Shown here: piece by piece, positions 23,901-41,500 of the stretch | How positions within the stretch are numbered: the stretch's first letter is position 1 | How the letters are laid out: every line of letters begins with the position of its first letter | The notes under the pieces: model-generated | The model's database searches: none | The model's input: only the letters and a program-made list of their open reading frames with translations | What the model was told of the DNA's origin: nothing | Position numbers and translations under genes: made by a program | Assembly (NCBI GenBank): GCA_002269645.1 | Contig: NIVC01002051.1 | Location: 1 to 60,633 of the forward strand | Direction of reading: 5' to 3' | DNA from: Macrostomum lignano | Lineage: Eukaryota | DNA length: 60,633 nucleotides

Positions 23901-26900
23901 TTCTGCCTTGATGCTGGACTAGCTCACTTTCTAGGAATCTGTTCTGATTGCATTCTAACAAACTGAAGCATTCTCGGCACTAAACTTTCTCGGCGGCTCT
24001 GAGATCCAGAGCCTCAAACAGACAGAGAAATCTGTTCGAGTTGTGTCTGTAGGTTAGGTGGACCAGCTACTCCACAGCACTTCTAGGCGATAATCTGAGC
24101 CAGGAGTCTCCGAGAGACTTTCGTTACACATCCAGATGTTCTGCCTTGATGCTGGACTAGCTCACTTTCTAGGAATCTGTTCTGATTGCATTCTAACAAA
24201 CTGAAGCATTCTCGGCACTAAACTTTCTCGGCGGCTCTGAGAGCCAGAGCCCTAAACAGACAGAGAAATCTGTTCGAGTTGTGTCTGTAGGTTAGGTGGA
24301 CCAGCTACTCCACAGCACTTCTAGGCGATAATCTGAGCCAGGAATCTCCGAGAGCCTCTCGTTACACATCCAGATGTTCTGCCTTGATGCTGGACTAGCT
24401 CACTTTCTAGGAATATGTTCTGATTGCATTCTAACAAACTGAAGCATTTTCTGCACTAAACTTTCTCGGCGGCTCTGAGAGCCAGAGCCTTAAACAGACA
24501 GAGAAATCTGTTCGAGTTGTGTCTGTAGGTTAGGTGGACCAGCTACTGAGAGCCAAAGCCTCAAACAGACTGAGAGAGCTGCTTCAGTTGTGTCTGTAGG
24601 TTATGTGGACCACCTAAGAGCCAGAGCCCTAAACAGACAGAGAAATCTGTTCGAGTTGTGTCTGTAGGTTAGGTGGACCAGCTACTCCAAAGCACTTCTA
24701 GGCGATAATCTGAGCCAGGAATCTCCGAGAGCCTCTCGTTACACATCCAGATGTTCTACCTCGATGCTGGACTAGCTCACTTTCTAGGAATATGTTCTGA
24801 TTGCATTCTAACAAACTGAAGCATTCTCGCACTAAACTTTCTCGGCGGCTCTGAGAGCCAGAGCCTCAAACAGACAGAGAAATCTGTTCGAGTTGTGTCT
24901 GTAGGTTAGGTGGACCAGCTACTCCACAGCACTTCTAGGCGATAATCTGAGCCAGGAGTCTCCGAGAGACTTTCGTTACACATCCAGATGTTCTGCCTTG
25001 ATGCTGGACTAGCTCACTTTCTAGGAATATGTTCTGATTGCATTCTAACAAACTGAAGCATTCTCGGCACTAAACTTTCTCGGCGGCTCTGAGATCCAGA
25101 GCCTCAAACAGACAGAGAAATCTGTTCGAGTTGTGTCTGTAGGTTAGGTGGACCAGCTATTCTACAGCACTTCTAGGCGATAATCTGAGCCAGGAATCTC
25201 CGAGAGCCTCTCGTTACACATCCAGATGTTCTGCCTTGATGCTGGACTAGCTCACTTTCTAGGAATCTGTTCTGATTGCATTCTAACAAACTGAAGCATT
25301 CTCGGCACTAAACTTTCTCGGCGGCTCTGAGATCCAGAGCCTCAAACAGACAGAGAAATCTGTTCGAGTTGTGTCTGTAGGTTAGGTGGACCAGCTACTC
25401 CACAGCACTTTTAGGCGATAATCTGAGCCAGGAGTCTCCGAGAGACTTTCGTTACACATCCAGATGTTCTGCCTTGATGCTGGACTAGCTCACTTTCTAG
25501 GAATCTGTTCTGATTGCATTCTAACAAACTGAAGCATTCTCGCACTAAACTTTCTCGGCGCTCTGAGAGCCAGAGCCTCAAACAGACAGAGAAATCTGTT
25601 CGAGTTGTGTCTGTAGGTTAGGTGGACCAGCTACTCCACAGCACTTCTAGGCGATAATCTGAGCCAGGAGTCTCCGAGAGACTTTCGTTACACATCCAGA
25701 TGTTCTGCCTTGATGCTGGACTAGCTCACTTTCTAGGAATATGTTCTGATTGCATTCTAACAAACTGAAGCATTTTCTGCACTAAACTTTCTCGGCGGCT
25801 CTGAGAGCCAGAGCCTTAAACAGACAGAGAAATCTGTTCGAGTTGTGTCTGTAGGTTAGGTGGACCAGCTACTGAGAGCCAAAGCCTCAAACAGACTGAG
25901 AGAGCTGCTTCAGTTGTGTCTGTAGGTTATGTGGACCACCTAAGAGCCAGAGCCTCAAACAGACAGAGAAATCTGTTCGAGTTGTGTCTGTAGGTTAGGT
26001 GGACCAGCTACTCCACAGCACTTCTAGGCGATAATCTGAGCCAGGAGTCTCCGAGAGACTTTCGTTACACATCCAGATGTTCTGCCTTGATGCTGGACTA
26101 GCTCACTTTCTAGGAATCTGTTCTGATTGCATTCTAACAAACTGAAGCATTCTCGGCACTAAACTTTCTCGGCGGCTCTGAGATCCAGAGCCTCAAACAG
26201 ACAGAGAAATCTGTTCGAGTTGTGTCTGTAGGTTAGGTGGACCAGCTACTCCACAGCACTTCTAGGCGATAATCTGAGCCAGGAGTCTCCGAGAGACTTT
26301 CGTTACACATCCAGATGTTCTGCCTTGATGCTGGACTAGCTCACTTTCTAGGAATCTGTTCTGATTGCATTCTAACAAACTGAAGCATTCTCGGCACTAA
26401 ACTTTCTCGGCGGCTCTGAGAGCCAGAGCCTCAAACAGACAGAGAAATCTGTTCGAGTTGTGTCTGTAGGTTAGGTGGACCAGCTATTCTACAGCACTTC
26501 TAGGCGATAATCTGAGCCAGGAATCTCCGAGAGCCTCTCGTTACACATCCAGATGTTCTACCTCGATGCTGGACTAGCTCACTTTCTAGGAATCTGTTCT
26601 GATTGCATTCTAACAAACTGAAGCATTCTCGGCACTAAACTTTCTCGGCGGCTCTGAGAGCCAGAGCCTCAAACAGACAGAGAAATCTGTTCGAGTTGTG
26701 TCTGTAGGTTAGGTGGACCAGCTACTGAGAGCCAAAGCCTCAAACAGACTGAGAGAGCTGCTTCAGTTGTGTCTGTAGGTTATGTGGACCACCTAAGAGC
26801 CAGAGCCCTAAACAGACAGAGAAATCTGTTCGAGTTGTGTCTGTAGGTTAGGTGGACCAGCTACTCCACAGCACTTCTAGGCGATAATCTGAGCCAGGAA

Positions 26901-29900
26901 TCTCCGAGAGCCTCTCGTTACACATCCAGATGTTCTGCCTTGATGCTGGACTAGCTCACTTTCTAGGAATATGTTCTGATTGCATTCTAACAAACTGAAG
27001 CATTTTCTGCACTAAACTTTCTCGGCGGCTCTGAGAGCCAGAGCCTTAAACAGACAGAGAAATCTGTTCGAGTTGTGTCTGTAGGTTAGGTGGACCAGCT
27101 ACTGAGAGCCAAAGCCTCAAACAGACTGAGAGAGCTGCTTCAGTTGTGTCTGTAGGTTATGTGGACCACCTAAGAGCCAGAGCCCTAAACAGACAGAGAA
27201 ATCTGTTCGAGTTGTGTCTGTAGGTTAGGTGGACCAGCTACTCCACAGCACTTCTAGGCGATAATCTGAGCCAGGAGTCTCCGAGAGACTTTCGTTACAC
27301 ATCCAGATGTTCTGCCTTGATGCTGGACTAGCTCACTTTCTAGGAATCTGTTCTGATTGCATTCTAACAAACTGAAGCATTCTCGGCACTAAACTTTCTC
27401 GGCGGCTCTGAGAGCCAGAGCCTCAAACAGACAGAGAAATCTGTTCGAGTTGTGTCTGTAGGTTAGGTGGACCAGCTATTCTACAGCACTTCTAGGCGAT
27501 AATCTGAGCCAGGAATCTCCGAGAGCCTCTCGTTACACATCCAGATGTTCTACCTCGATGCTGGACTAGCTCACTTTCTAGGAATCTGTTTCTGATTGCA
27601 TTCTAACAAACTGAAGCATTCTCGCACTAAACTTTCTCGGCGGCTCTGAGAGCCAGAGCCTCAAACAGACAGAGAAATCTGTTCGAGTTGTGTCTGTAGG
27701 TTAGGTGGACCAGCTACTGAGAGCCAAAGCCTCAAACAGACTGAGAGAGCTGCTTCAGTTGTGTCTGTAGGTTATGTGGACCACCTAAGAGCCAGAGCCC
27801 TAAACAGACAGAGAAATCTGTTCGAGTTGTGTCTGTAGGTTAGGTGGACCAGCTACTCCACAGCACTTCTAGGCGATAATCTGAGCCAGGAATCTCCGAG
27901 AGCCTCTCGTTACACATCCAGATGTTCTGCCTTGATGCTGGACTAGCTCACTTTCTAGGAATATGTTCTGATTGCATTCTAACAAACTGAAGCATTTTCT
28001 GCACTAAACTTTCTCGGCGGCTCTGAGAGCCAGAGCCTTAAACAGACAGAGAAATCTGTTCGAGTTGTGTCTGTAGGTTAGGTGGACCAGCTACTGAGAG
28101 CCAAAGCCTCAAACAGACTGAGAGAGCTGCTTCAGTTGTGTCTGTAGGTTATGTGGACCACCTAAGAGCCAGAGCCCTAAACAGACAGAGAAATCTGTTC
28201 GAGTTGTGTCTGTAGGTTAGGTGGACCAGCTACTCCAAAGCACTTCTAGGCGATAATCTGAGCCAGGAATCTCCGAGAGCCTCTCGTTACACATCCAGAT
28301 GTTCTACCTCGATGCTGGACTAGCTCACTTTCTAGGAATATGTTCTGATTGCATTCTAACAAACTGAAGCATTCTCGGCACTAAACTTTCTCGGCGGCTC
28401 TGAGAGCCAGAGCCTCAAACAGACAGAGAAATCTGTTCGAGTTGTGTCTGTAGGTTAGGTGGACCAGCTACTCCACAGCACTTCTAGGCGATAATCTGAG
28501 CCAGGAGTCTCCGAGAGACTTTCGTTACACATCCAGATGTTCTGCCTTGATGCTGGACTAGCTCACTTTCTAGGAATCTGTTCTGATTGCATTCTAACAA
28601 ACTGAAGCATTCTCGGCACTAAACTTTCTCGGCGGCTCTGAGATCCAGAGCCTCAAACAGACAGAGAAATCTGTTCGAGTTGTGTCTGTAGGTTAGGTGG
28701 ACCAGCTATTCTACAGCACTTCTAGGCGATAATCTGAGCCAGGAATCTCCGAGAGCCTCTCGTTACACATCCAGATGTTCTGCCTTGATGCTGGACTAGC
28801 TCACTTTCTAGGAATCTGTTCTGATTGCATTCTAACAAACTGAAGCATTCTCGGCACTAAACTTTCTCGGCGGCTCTGAGATCCAGAGCCTCAAACAGAC
28901 AGAGAAATCTGTTCGAGTTGTGTCTGTAGGTTAGGTGGACCAGCTACTCCACAGCACTTCTAGGCGATAATCTGAGCCAGGAGTCTCCGAGAGACTTTCG
29001 TTACACATCCAGATGTTCTGCCTTGATGCTGGACTAGCTCACTTTCTAGGAATCTGTTCTGATTGCATTCTAACAAACTGAAGCATTCTCGGCACTAAAC
29101 TTTCTCGGCGGCTCTGAGAGCCAGAGCCTCAAACAGACAGAGAAATCTGTTCGAGTTGTGTCTGTAGGTTAGGTGGACCAGCTATTCTACAGCACTTCTA
29201 GGCGATAATCTGAGCCAGGAATCTCCGAGAGCCTCTCGTTACACATCCAGATGTTCTACCTCGATGCTGGACTAGCTCACTTTCTAGGAATCTGTTCTGA
29301 TTGCATTCTAACAAACTGAAGCATTCTCGCACTAAACTTTCTCGGCGGCTCTGAGAGCCAGAGCCTCAAACAGACAGAGAAATCTGTTCGAGTTGTGTCT
29401 GTAGGTTAGGTGGACCAGCTACTGAGAGCCAAAGCCTCAAACAGACTGAGAGAGCTGCTTCAGTTGTGTCTGTAGGTTATGTGGACCACCTAAGAGCCAG
29501 AGCCCTAAACAGACAGAGAAATCTGTTCGAGTTGTGTCTGTAGGTTAGGTGGACCAGCTACTCCACAGCACTTCTAGGCGATAATCTGAGCCAGGAATCT
29601 CCGAGAGCCTCTCGTTACACATCCAGATGTTCTGCCTTGATGCTGGACTAGCTCACTTTCTAGGAATATGTTCTGATTGCATTCTAACAAACTGAAGCAT
29701 TTTCTGCACTAAACTTTCTCGGCGGCTCTGAGAGCCAGAGCCTTAAACAGACAGAGAAATCTGTTCGAGTTGTGTCTGTAGGTTAGGTGGACCAGCTACT
29801 GAGAGCCAAAGCCTCAAACAGACTGAGAGAGCTGATTCAGTTGTGTCTGTAGGTTAGGTGGACCAGCTTCTCTACAGCAATTGAGTTGCAGGCCCTGCAG

Positions 29901-31612
29901 CTAGCTACTTTGAGATCATCAAACGAAACTCACTTTTCTGGACTCGGTGTCGACGGATTTGCGAGCAGACTGATGATTTTCACCAGGCGATGCGGCTTCT
30001 TCGATTTCGCAGTGGCTTTTTGCGACGGTGTTTTTTAGTTTTTATTTTAGGCTTGGCGTCCTTTTTTGCGGGTTATCATATCTTGGTTGTAGATTACAGT
30101 TTTTGGCACAATAAATTTATATGTGGATGAAACTTGGAGTAAGGATTAACATTAGACCTATTAAGTATAAAAAAGCGTTCTAATCTATACAATTGCAATC
30201 CTTTAGAGTTGTATAGTATGGATTATAAGTACTTTCTTTTAAACTGTCTGTGTCTGGTCTCACTACGCCATGGTTTACGTGGACCACCCGCTTAGACATT
30301 ATATATCCCTCTCTCCACTGTCTTACCTTCAGAACGCTTGCGGGTTTCCTATTGGCTGCGGTCGGTCCCATTGTTGGGGTGGATCTATCCTCCTAAGTGT
30401 TAACCAGCCAATTATAGAAAGGGAGGTCTGTCTGTCTGTCTGTCCCAACCCTATACTCCTGCACATGTGTTTACGTGGACCAAACAGACAGTGAGTGTTA
30501 GGCTGACTGTTAATGCGTTCTTAGTTTTACTGGGACCGCAATCAAGTCGACCTTTTGCTAGAGAGTCAGAGACCCGATCGCTAGCTAAAAGGCCCTTCTT
30601 AATTGCGTCCTCTTGATCAAATCTTTTGCATGTACATGTATGAATTGTCCTTTTCAATTAGGTAAATTGCATCTTCAACTTTGCACTTGAAAGGCTGCAG
30701 CTTAGGATCTTCTTCTTCCAACATTGGAGGAGGATAGAACAGGATATCCCATAGTGTTTAGGATAGAATTGGCAAGCACTTAATTCATGAAGTTGCTATT
30801 TTCTTCTTGTGTAATGGTAGAGCCTCAGAAATTCGCATTTACACAGTGTGGCTATCAAGGACCACTGGGAGTTCTTGAGAAGTCATTGAAGAATACTATT
30901 TAAGCTTCACTTAAATATCTTTCTTGTCTCGGAGTCTTTATCGTTTGATCTGGTTAGCGAATTGGATTTCTTTACGTTGGTGTCTTACTCTGTGAGTCTG
31001 TGCTCAGAGTACGATACCGGAATTGCTGGAACTGAGCTAATTAAATGGAGTTTAAAGTTTACTGTATCAAATTCATTTCGCATACGAGGTTTCAGAATTT
31101 TTAATTAACCTGCGCACCTACTTGAATGTCAAAGAACTGAACGCATATTGTTTTAAAGCCAGTAGCGGTCATAATATGATGCCAACATAGCCCTTTGTTC
31201 GTAAGGTAATGATCTGTAAAAAATTCAGTTTTGCATTGAATCTATGCTTAATAACTGCTATACACAAACAGACACAAACAGACACAAACAGACACAAACA
31301 GACGATTTCGAAAAATTTTCTGAAATTTTTCGGTTTACGTGGACCAGACTCGCTCGGTTTAGGTAGACCAGGCTGGAGGTCCAGCTAAACTGAAATGCAA
31401 ATAACTTTGGCAAAATCCATGCTAGACATCCCAAAATTGCTTAAGCCTTTCTTGACCCGCCTGACATTAATGTGAGATCCTCATCAACGTCTTAACCCCA
31501 CCAGAGACAAAATTATTTGGTGGTCCACCTAAGTGGTCTACCTACACCGGTTGGTCCAGCTAACGAGGCTACTGAACTTCCAAAAAGTCCACGTAAACAC
31601 ACAGACAGTAGA
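17926..31612. mobile_element. Satellite-carrying element with terminal inverted repeats, copy 1 (13,676 bp TIR to TIR)
   Basis: Left ACTGTCTGTGTGTTTA (17934-17949) and right TAAACACACAGACAGT (31594-31609) are perfect 16-bp inverted repeats, extending to 20/23. Layout is ~1.07 kb unique arm A, satellite, ~1.73 kb unique arm B. No transposase recognised. Confidence 0.75.
19001..29878. repeat. Satellite array: 238-bp monomers interspersed with 71+68 bp short-unit cassettes (copy 1)
   Basis: Period 238 (19501 to 19739; 22141 to 22379). Short units at 20213, 20284 and 20352. All units share the core AAACAGACAGAGAAATCTGTTCGAGTTGTGTCTGTAGGTTAGGTGGACC or a variant of it. Confidence 0.98.
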
Positions 31613-35557
<3,945 letters not shown>

Positions 35558-38500
35558 CTCTTACGACTGTCTGTGTGTTTAGCGGGACCTGAGTTATGTT
35601 AATGCGTTACGTGGACCACGCAATTCCGGTTAAAAAATAGAGTCTGTTTTGACAACGCGAAAGGCTAGCTAGGGTTATCTTTTTGTTAACTTGACGGAAT
35701 AGCCAGTTCGGGGAAACTGTGGTGGTTCACTAACTACGTTTTGGGGACCGGGTTAGGTGGACCGCAAAAAACAGTTGGTTTAGTTAGACCTCTTTCGTTG
35801 TAGAAAATTTATTGCTTTAAACTGTTCTTTTGAACTAATTAAAACAGAAATTCTCAAAAAGAACAGATAAAAGGGTTACGACGTCATTTAATGAAAATAT
35901 CCCAAGTTCAAACCAATTTATTTAGCATTACTAATCGGGTTAATCGGGTTAAACAAATGTACGATCGCATTAGTTAGTTGCGTCGCGTGAATACAAGAAG
36001 GTGAATGAAAATAAAGCATTTTGAAAATAAATACAGAATCATATCAAATACTAACTGTAAACTCATTAAAACTAATTTAGGTCAAAATGTATGCTTCAAA
36101 TACATGTTAACAAACGTAAGATTCCATTAGTTAAAAAGGTCATCCGAGTACGAGCCTACAAGAAGTTGAAGGGCAATTTTAATAACGACAAAAGTTACTA
36201 AAACTGAAATTAAATTGATTTGACTACATCGGTCCTATTATACTGAATGAGTTGGTGAGCAATCATATGATAAGCCAATCATTTTACCGACTTTCATCTT
36301 TTCGTTCACGCAGATGATGGCCTTATCTTCTTATTTTTTCTACGAAATATTCTCCTGGACCTTCCCTGCCTCCGTGGTCCGGGACCGCTTCTGTTATTGA
36401 TCTGTCATTGCCTCTCTCACGAATTTCAGCTTACTCAGCCATCGAATCCACTTTCGTCAGCTCAGCTCTATGATGAACCTTTCTATATTTCTCGTCAATT
36501 AGTGGTTTAAATCTTCTTTTACAGTTCGTTTTAACCTTCATCTCGGTGAAACGCAGTCAGTCTCGTCGAGCTCAGGCGAACAAAATCAACCACAGGCTCC
36601 TACAAAGGTAGAAAATAAAAATAACTGACAATCAAACAGACACAGAAATCTGTTCCAGTTGTGTCTGTAGGTTATGTGAACCACCTCAGATCCAGAGCCT
36701 CAAACAGACAGAGAAATCTGTTCGAGTTGTGTCTGTAGGTGAGGTGAACCACCTTCTGAGAGCCAAAGCCTCAAACAGACTGAGAGAGCTGCTTCAGTTG
36801 TGTCTATAGGTTATGTGGACCACCTAAGAGCCAGAGCCTCAAACAGACAGAGAAATCTGTTCGAGTTGTGTCTGTAGGTTATGTGGACCACCTAAGAGCC
36901 AGAGCCTCAAACAGACAGAGAAATCTGTTCGAGTTGTGTCTGTAGGTTAGGTGGACCAGCTACTCCACAGCACTTCTAGGCGATAATCTGAGCCAGGAGT
37001 CTCCGAGAGACTTTCGTTACACATCCAGATGTTCTGCCTTGATGCTGGACTAGCTCACTTTCTAGGAATCTGTTCTGATTGCATTCTAACAAACTGAAGC
37101 ATTCTCGGCACTAAACTTTCTCGGCGGCTCTGAGAGCCAGAGCCTCAAACAGACAGAGAAATCTGTTCGAGTTGTGTCTGTAGGTTAGGTGGACCAGCTA
37201 TTCTACAGCACTTCTAGGCGATAATCTGAGCCAGGAATCTCCGAGAGCCTCTCGTTACACATCCAGATGTTCTGCCTTGATGCTGGACTAGCTCACTTTC
37301 TAGGAATCTGTTCTGATTGCATTCTAACAAACTGAAGCATTCTCGGCACTAAACTTTCTCGGCGGCTCTGAGATCCAGAGCCTCAAACAGACAGAAATCT
37401 GTTCGAGTTGTGTCTGTAGGTTAGGTGGACCAGCTACTCCACAGCACTTCTAGGCGATAATCTGAGCCAGGAGTCTCCGAGAGACTTTCGTTACACATCC
37501 AGATGTTCTGCCTTGATGCTGGACTAGCTCACTTTCTAGGAATCTGTTCTGATTGCATTCTAACAAACTGAAGCATTCTCGGCACTAAACTTTCTCGGCG
37601 GCTCTGAGAGCCAGAGCCTCAAACAGACAGAGAAATCTGTTCGAGTTGTGTCTGTAGGTTAGGTGGACCAGCTACTCCACAGCACTTCTAGGCGATAATC
37701 TGAGCCAGGAGTCTCCGAGAGACTTTCGTTACACATCCAGATGTTCTGCCTTGATGCTGGACTAGCTCACTTTCTAGGAATATGTTCTGATTGCATTCTA
37801 ACAAACTGAAGCATTTTCTGCACTAAACTTTCTCGGCGGCTCTGAGAGCCAGAGCCTTAAACAGACAGAGAAATCTGTTCGAGTTGTGTCTGTAGGTTAG
37901 GTGGACCAGCTACTGAGAGCCAAAGCCTCAAACAGACTGAGAGAGCTGCTTCAGTTGTGTCTGTAGGTTATGTGGACCACCTAAGAGCCAGAGCCCTAAA
38001 CAGACAGAGAAATCTGTTCGAGTTGTGTCTGTAGGTTAGGTGGACCAGCTACTCCACAGCACTTCTAGGCGATAATCTGAGCCAGGAGTCTCCGAGAGAC
38101 TTTCGTTACACATCCAGATGTTCTGCCTTGATGCTGGACTAGCTCACTTTCTAGGAATCTGTTCTGATTGCATTCTAACAAACTGAAGCATTTTCTGCAC
38201 TAAACTTTCTCGGCGGCTCTGAGAGCCAGAGCCTTAAACAGACAGAGAAATCTGTTCGAGTTGTGTCTGTAGGTTTAGGTGGACCAGCTACTGAGAGCCA
38301 AAGCCTCAAACAGACTGAGAGAGCTGCTTCAGTTGTGTCTGTAGGTTATGTGGACCACCTAAGAGCCAGAGCCCTAAACAGACAGAGAAATCTGTTCGAG
38401 TTGTGTCTGTAGGTTAGGTGGACCAGCTACTCCACAGCACTTCTAGGCGATAATCTGAGCCAGGAGTCTCCGAGAGACTTTCGTTACACATCCAGATGTT

Positions 38501-41500
38501 CTGCCTTGATGCTGGACTAGCTCACTTTCTAGGAATCTGTTCTGATTGCATTCTAACAAACTGAAGCATTCTCGGCACTAAACTTTCTCGGCGGCTCTGA
38601 GAGCCAGAGCCTCAAACAGACAGAGAAATCTGTTCGAGTTGTGTCTGTAGGTTAGGTGGACCAGCTACTCCACAGCACTTCTAGGCGATAATCTGAGCCA
38701 GGAATCTCCGAGAGCCTCTCGTTACAATCCAGATGTTCTGCCTTGATGCTGGACTAGCTCACTTTCTAGGAATCTGTTCTGATTGCATTCTAACAAACTG
38801 AAGCATTCTCGGCACTAAACTTTCTCGGCGGCTCTGAGATCCAGAGCCTCAAACAGACAGAGAAATCTGTTCGAGTTGTGTCTGTAGGTTAGGTGGACCA
38901 GCTACTCCACAGCACTTCTAGGCGATAATCTGAGCCAGGAGTCTCCGAGAGACTTTCGTTACACATCCAGATGTTCTGCCTTGATGCTGGACTAGCTCAC
39001 TTTCTAGGAATCTGTTCTGATTGCATTCTAACAAACTGAAGCATTCTCGGCACTAAACTTTCTCGGCGGCTCTGAGAGCCAGAGCCTCAAACAGACAGAG
39101 AAATCTGTTCGAGTTGTGTCTGTAGGTTAGGTGGACCAGCTATTCTACAGCACTTCTAGGCGATAATCTGAGCCAGGAATCTCCGAGAGCCTCTCGTTAC
39201 ACATCCAGATGTTCTGCCTTGATGCTGGACTAGCTCACTTTCTAGGAATCTGTTCTGATTGCATTCTAACAAACTGAAGCATTCTCGGCACTAAACTTTC
39301 TCGGCGGCTCTAAGAGCCAGAGCCTCAAACAGACAGAGAAATCTGTTCGAGTTGTGTCTGTAGGTTAGGTGGACCAGCTACTCCACAGCACTTCTAGGCG
39401 ATAATCTGAGCCAGGAGTCTCCGAGAGACTTTCGTTACACATCCAGATGTTCTGCCTTGATGCTGGACTAGCTCACTTTCTAGGAATATGTTCTGATTGC
39501 ATTCTAACAAACTGAAGCATTTTCTGCACTAAACTTTCTCGGCGGCTCTGAGAGCCAGAGCCTTAAACAGACAGAGAAATCTGTTCGAGTTGTGTCTGTA
39601 GGTTAGGTGGACCAGCTACTGAGAGCCAAAGCCTCAAACAGACTGAGAGAGCTGCTTCAGTTGTGTCTGTAGGTTATGTGGACCACCTAAGAGCCAGAGC
39701 CCTAAACAGACAGAGAAATCTGTTCGAGTTGTGTCTGTAGGTTAGGTGGACCAGCTACTCCACAGCACTTCTAGGCGATAATCTGAGCCAGGAATCTCCG
39801 AGAGCCTCTCGTTACACATCCAGATGTTCTGCCTGATGCTGGACTAGCTCACTTTCTAGGAATATGTTCTGATTGCATTCTAACAAACTAAAGCATTTTC
39901 TGCACTAAACTTTCTCGGCGGCTCTGAGAGCCAGAGCCTCAAACAGACAGAGAAATCTGTTCGAGTTGTGTCTGTAGGTTAGGTGGACCAGCTACTCCAC
40001 AGCACTTCTAGGCGATAATCTGAGCCAGGAATCTCGAGAGCCTCTCGTTACAATCAGATGTTCTGCCTTGATGCTGGACTAGCTCACTTTCTAGGAATCT
40101 GTTCTGATTGCATTCTAACAAACTGAAGCATTCTCGGCACTAAACTTTCTCGGCGGCTCTGAGATCCAGAGCTCAAACAGACAGAGAAATCTGTTCGAGT
40201 TGTGTCTGTAGGTTAGGTGGACCAGCTACTCCACAGCACTTCTAGGCGATAATCTGAGCCAGGAGTCTCCGAGAGACTTTCGTTACACATCCAGATGTTC
40301 TGCCTTGATGCTGGACTAGCTCACTTTCTAGGAATCTGTTCTGATTACATTCTAACAAACTGAAGCATTCTCGGCACTAAACTTTCTCGGCGGCTCTGAG
40401 AGCCAGAGCCTCAAACAGACAGAGAAATCTGTTCGAGTTGTGTCTGTAGGTTAGGTGGACCAGCTACTCCACAGCACTTCTAGGCGATAATCTGAGCCAG
40501 GAGTCTCCGAGAGACTTTCGTTACACATCCAGATGTTCTGCCTTGATGCTGGACTAGCTCACTTTCTAGGAATCTGTTCTGATTGCATTCTAACAAACTG
40601 AAGCATTCTCGGCACTAAACTTTCTCGGCGGCTCTGAGAGCCAGAGCCTCAAACAGACAGAGAAATCTGTTCGAGTTGTGTCTGTAGGTTAGGTGGACCA
40701 GCTATTCTACAGCACTTCTAGGCGATAATCTGAGCCAGGAATCTCCGAGAGCCTCTCGTTACACATCCAGATGTTCTACCTCGATGCTGGACTAGCTCAC
40801 TTTCTAGGAATATGTTCTGATTGCATTCTAACAAACTGAAGCATTCTCGCACTAAACTTTCTCGGCGGCTCTGAGAGCCAGAGCCTCAAACAGACAGAGA
40901 AATCTGTTCGATTGTGTCTGTAGGTTAGGTGGACCAGCTACTGAGAGCCGCCTCAAACAGGAGAGCTGCTTCAGTTGTGTCTGTAGGTTATGTGACCACC
41001 TAAGAGCCAGAGTCCTAAACAGACAGAGAAATCTGTTCGAGTTGTGTCTGTAGGTTAGGTGGACTACTCCACAGCACTTCTAGGCGATAATCTGAGCCAG
41101 GAATCTCCGAGAGCCTCTCGTTACACATCCAGATGTTCTGCCTTGATGCTGGACTAGCTCACTTTCTAGGAATATGTTCTGATTGCATTCTAACAAACTG
41201 AAGCATTTTCTGCACTAAACTTTCTCGGCGGCTCTGAGAGCCAGAGCCTTAACAGACAGAGAAATCTGTTCGAGTTGTGTCTGTAGGTTAGGTGGACCAG
41301 CTACTGAGAGCCAAAGCCTCAAACAGACTGAGAGAGCTGCTTCAGTTGTGTCTGTAGGTTATGTGGACCACATAAGAGCCAGAGCCCTAAACAGACAGAG
41401 AAATCTGTTCGAGTTGTGTCTGTAGGTTAGGTTGGACCAGCTACTCCAAAGCACTTCTAGGCGATAATCTGAGCCAGGAATCTTCCGAGAGCCTCTCGTT

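Noticed and set aside
19001-29878. Hammerhead ribozyme in the 238-bp monomer (by analogy with schistosome and newt satellites)
   Set aside because: No CTGANGA...GAAA core found on either strand of the monomer.
29879-31500. Transposase or Rep/helicase remnant in arm B (e.g. MLEEEDPKLQPFKCKVEDAIYLIEK)
   Set aside because: Only short coding-looking fragments between stops; no DDE, HUH or tyrosine-recombinase motif recognisable by eye. A profile-HMM search of six-frame translations would be needed.
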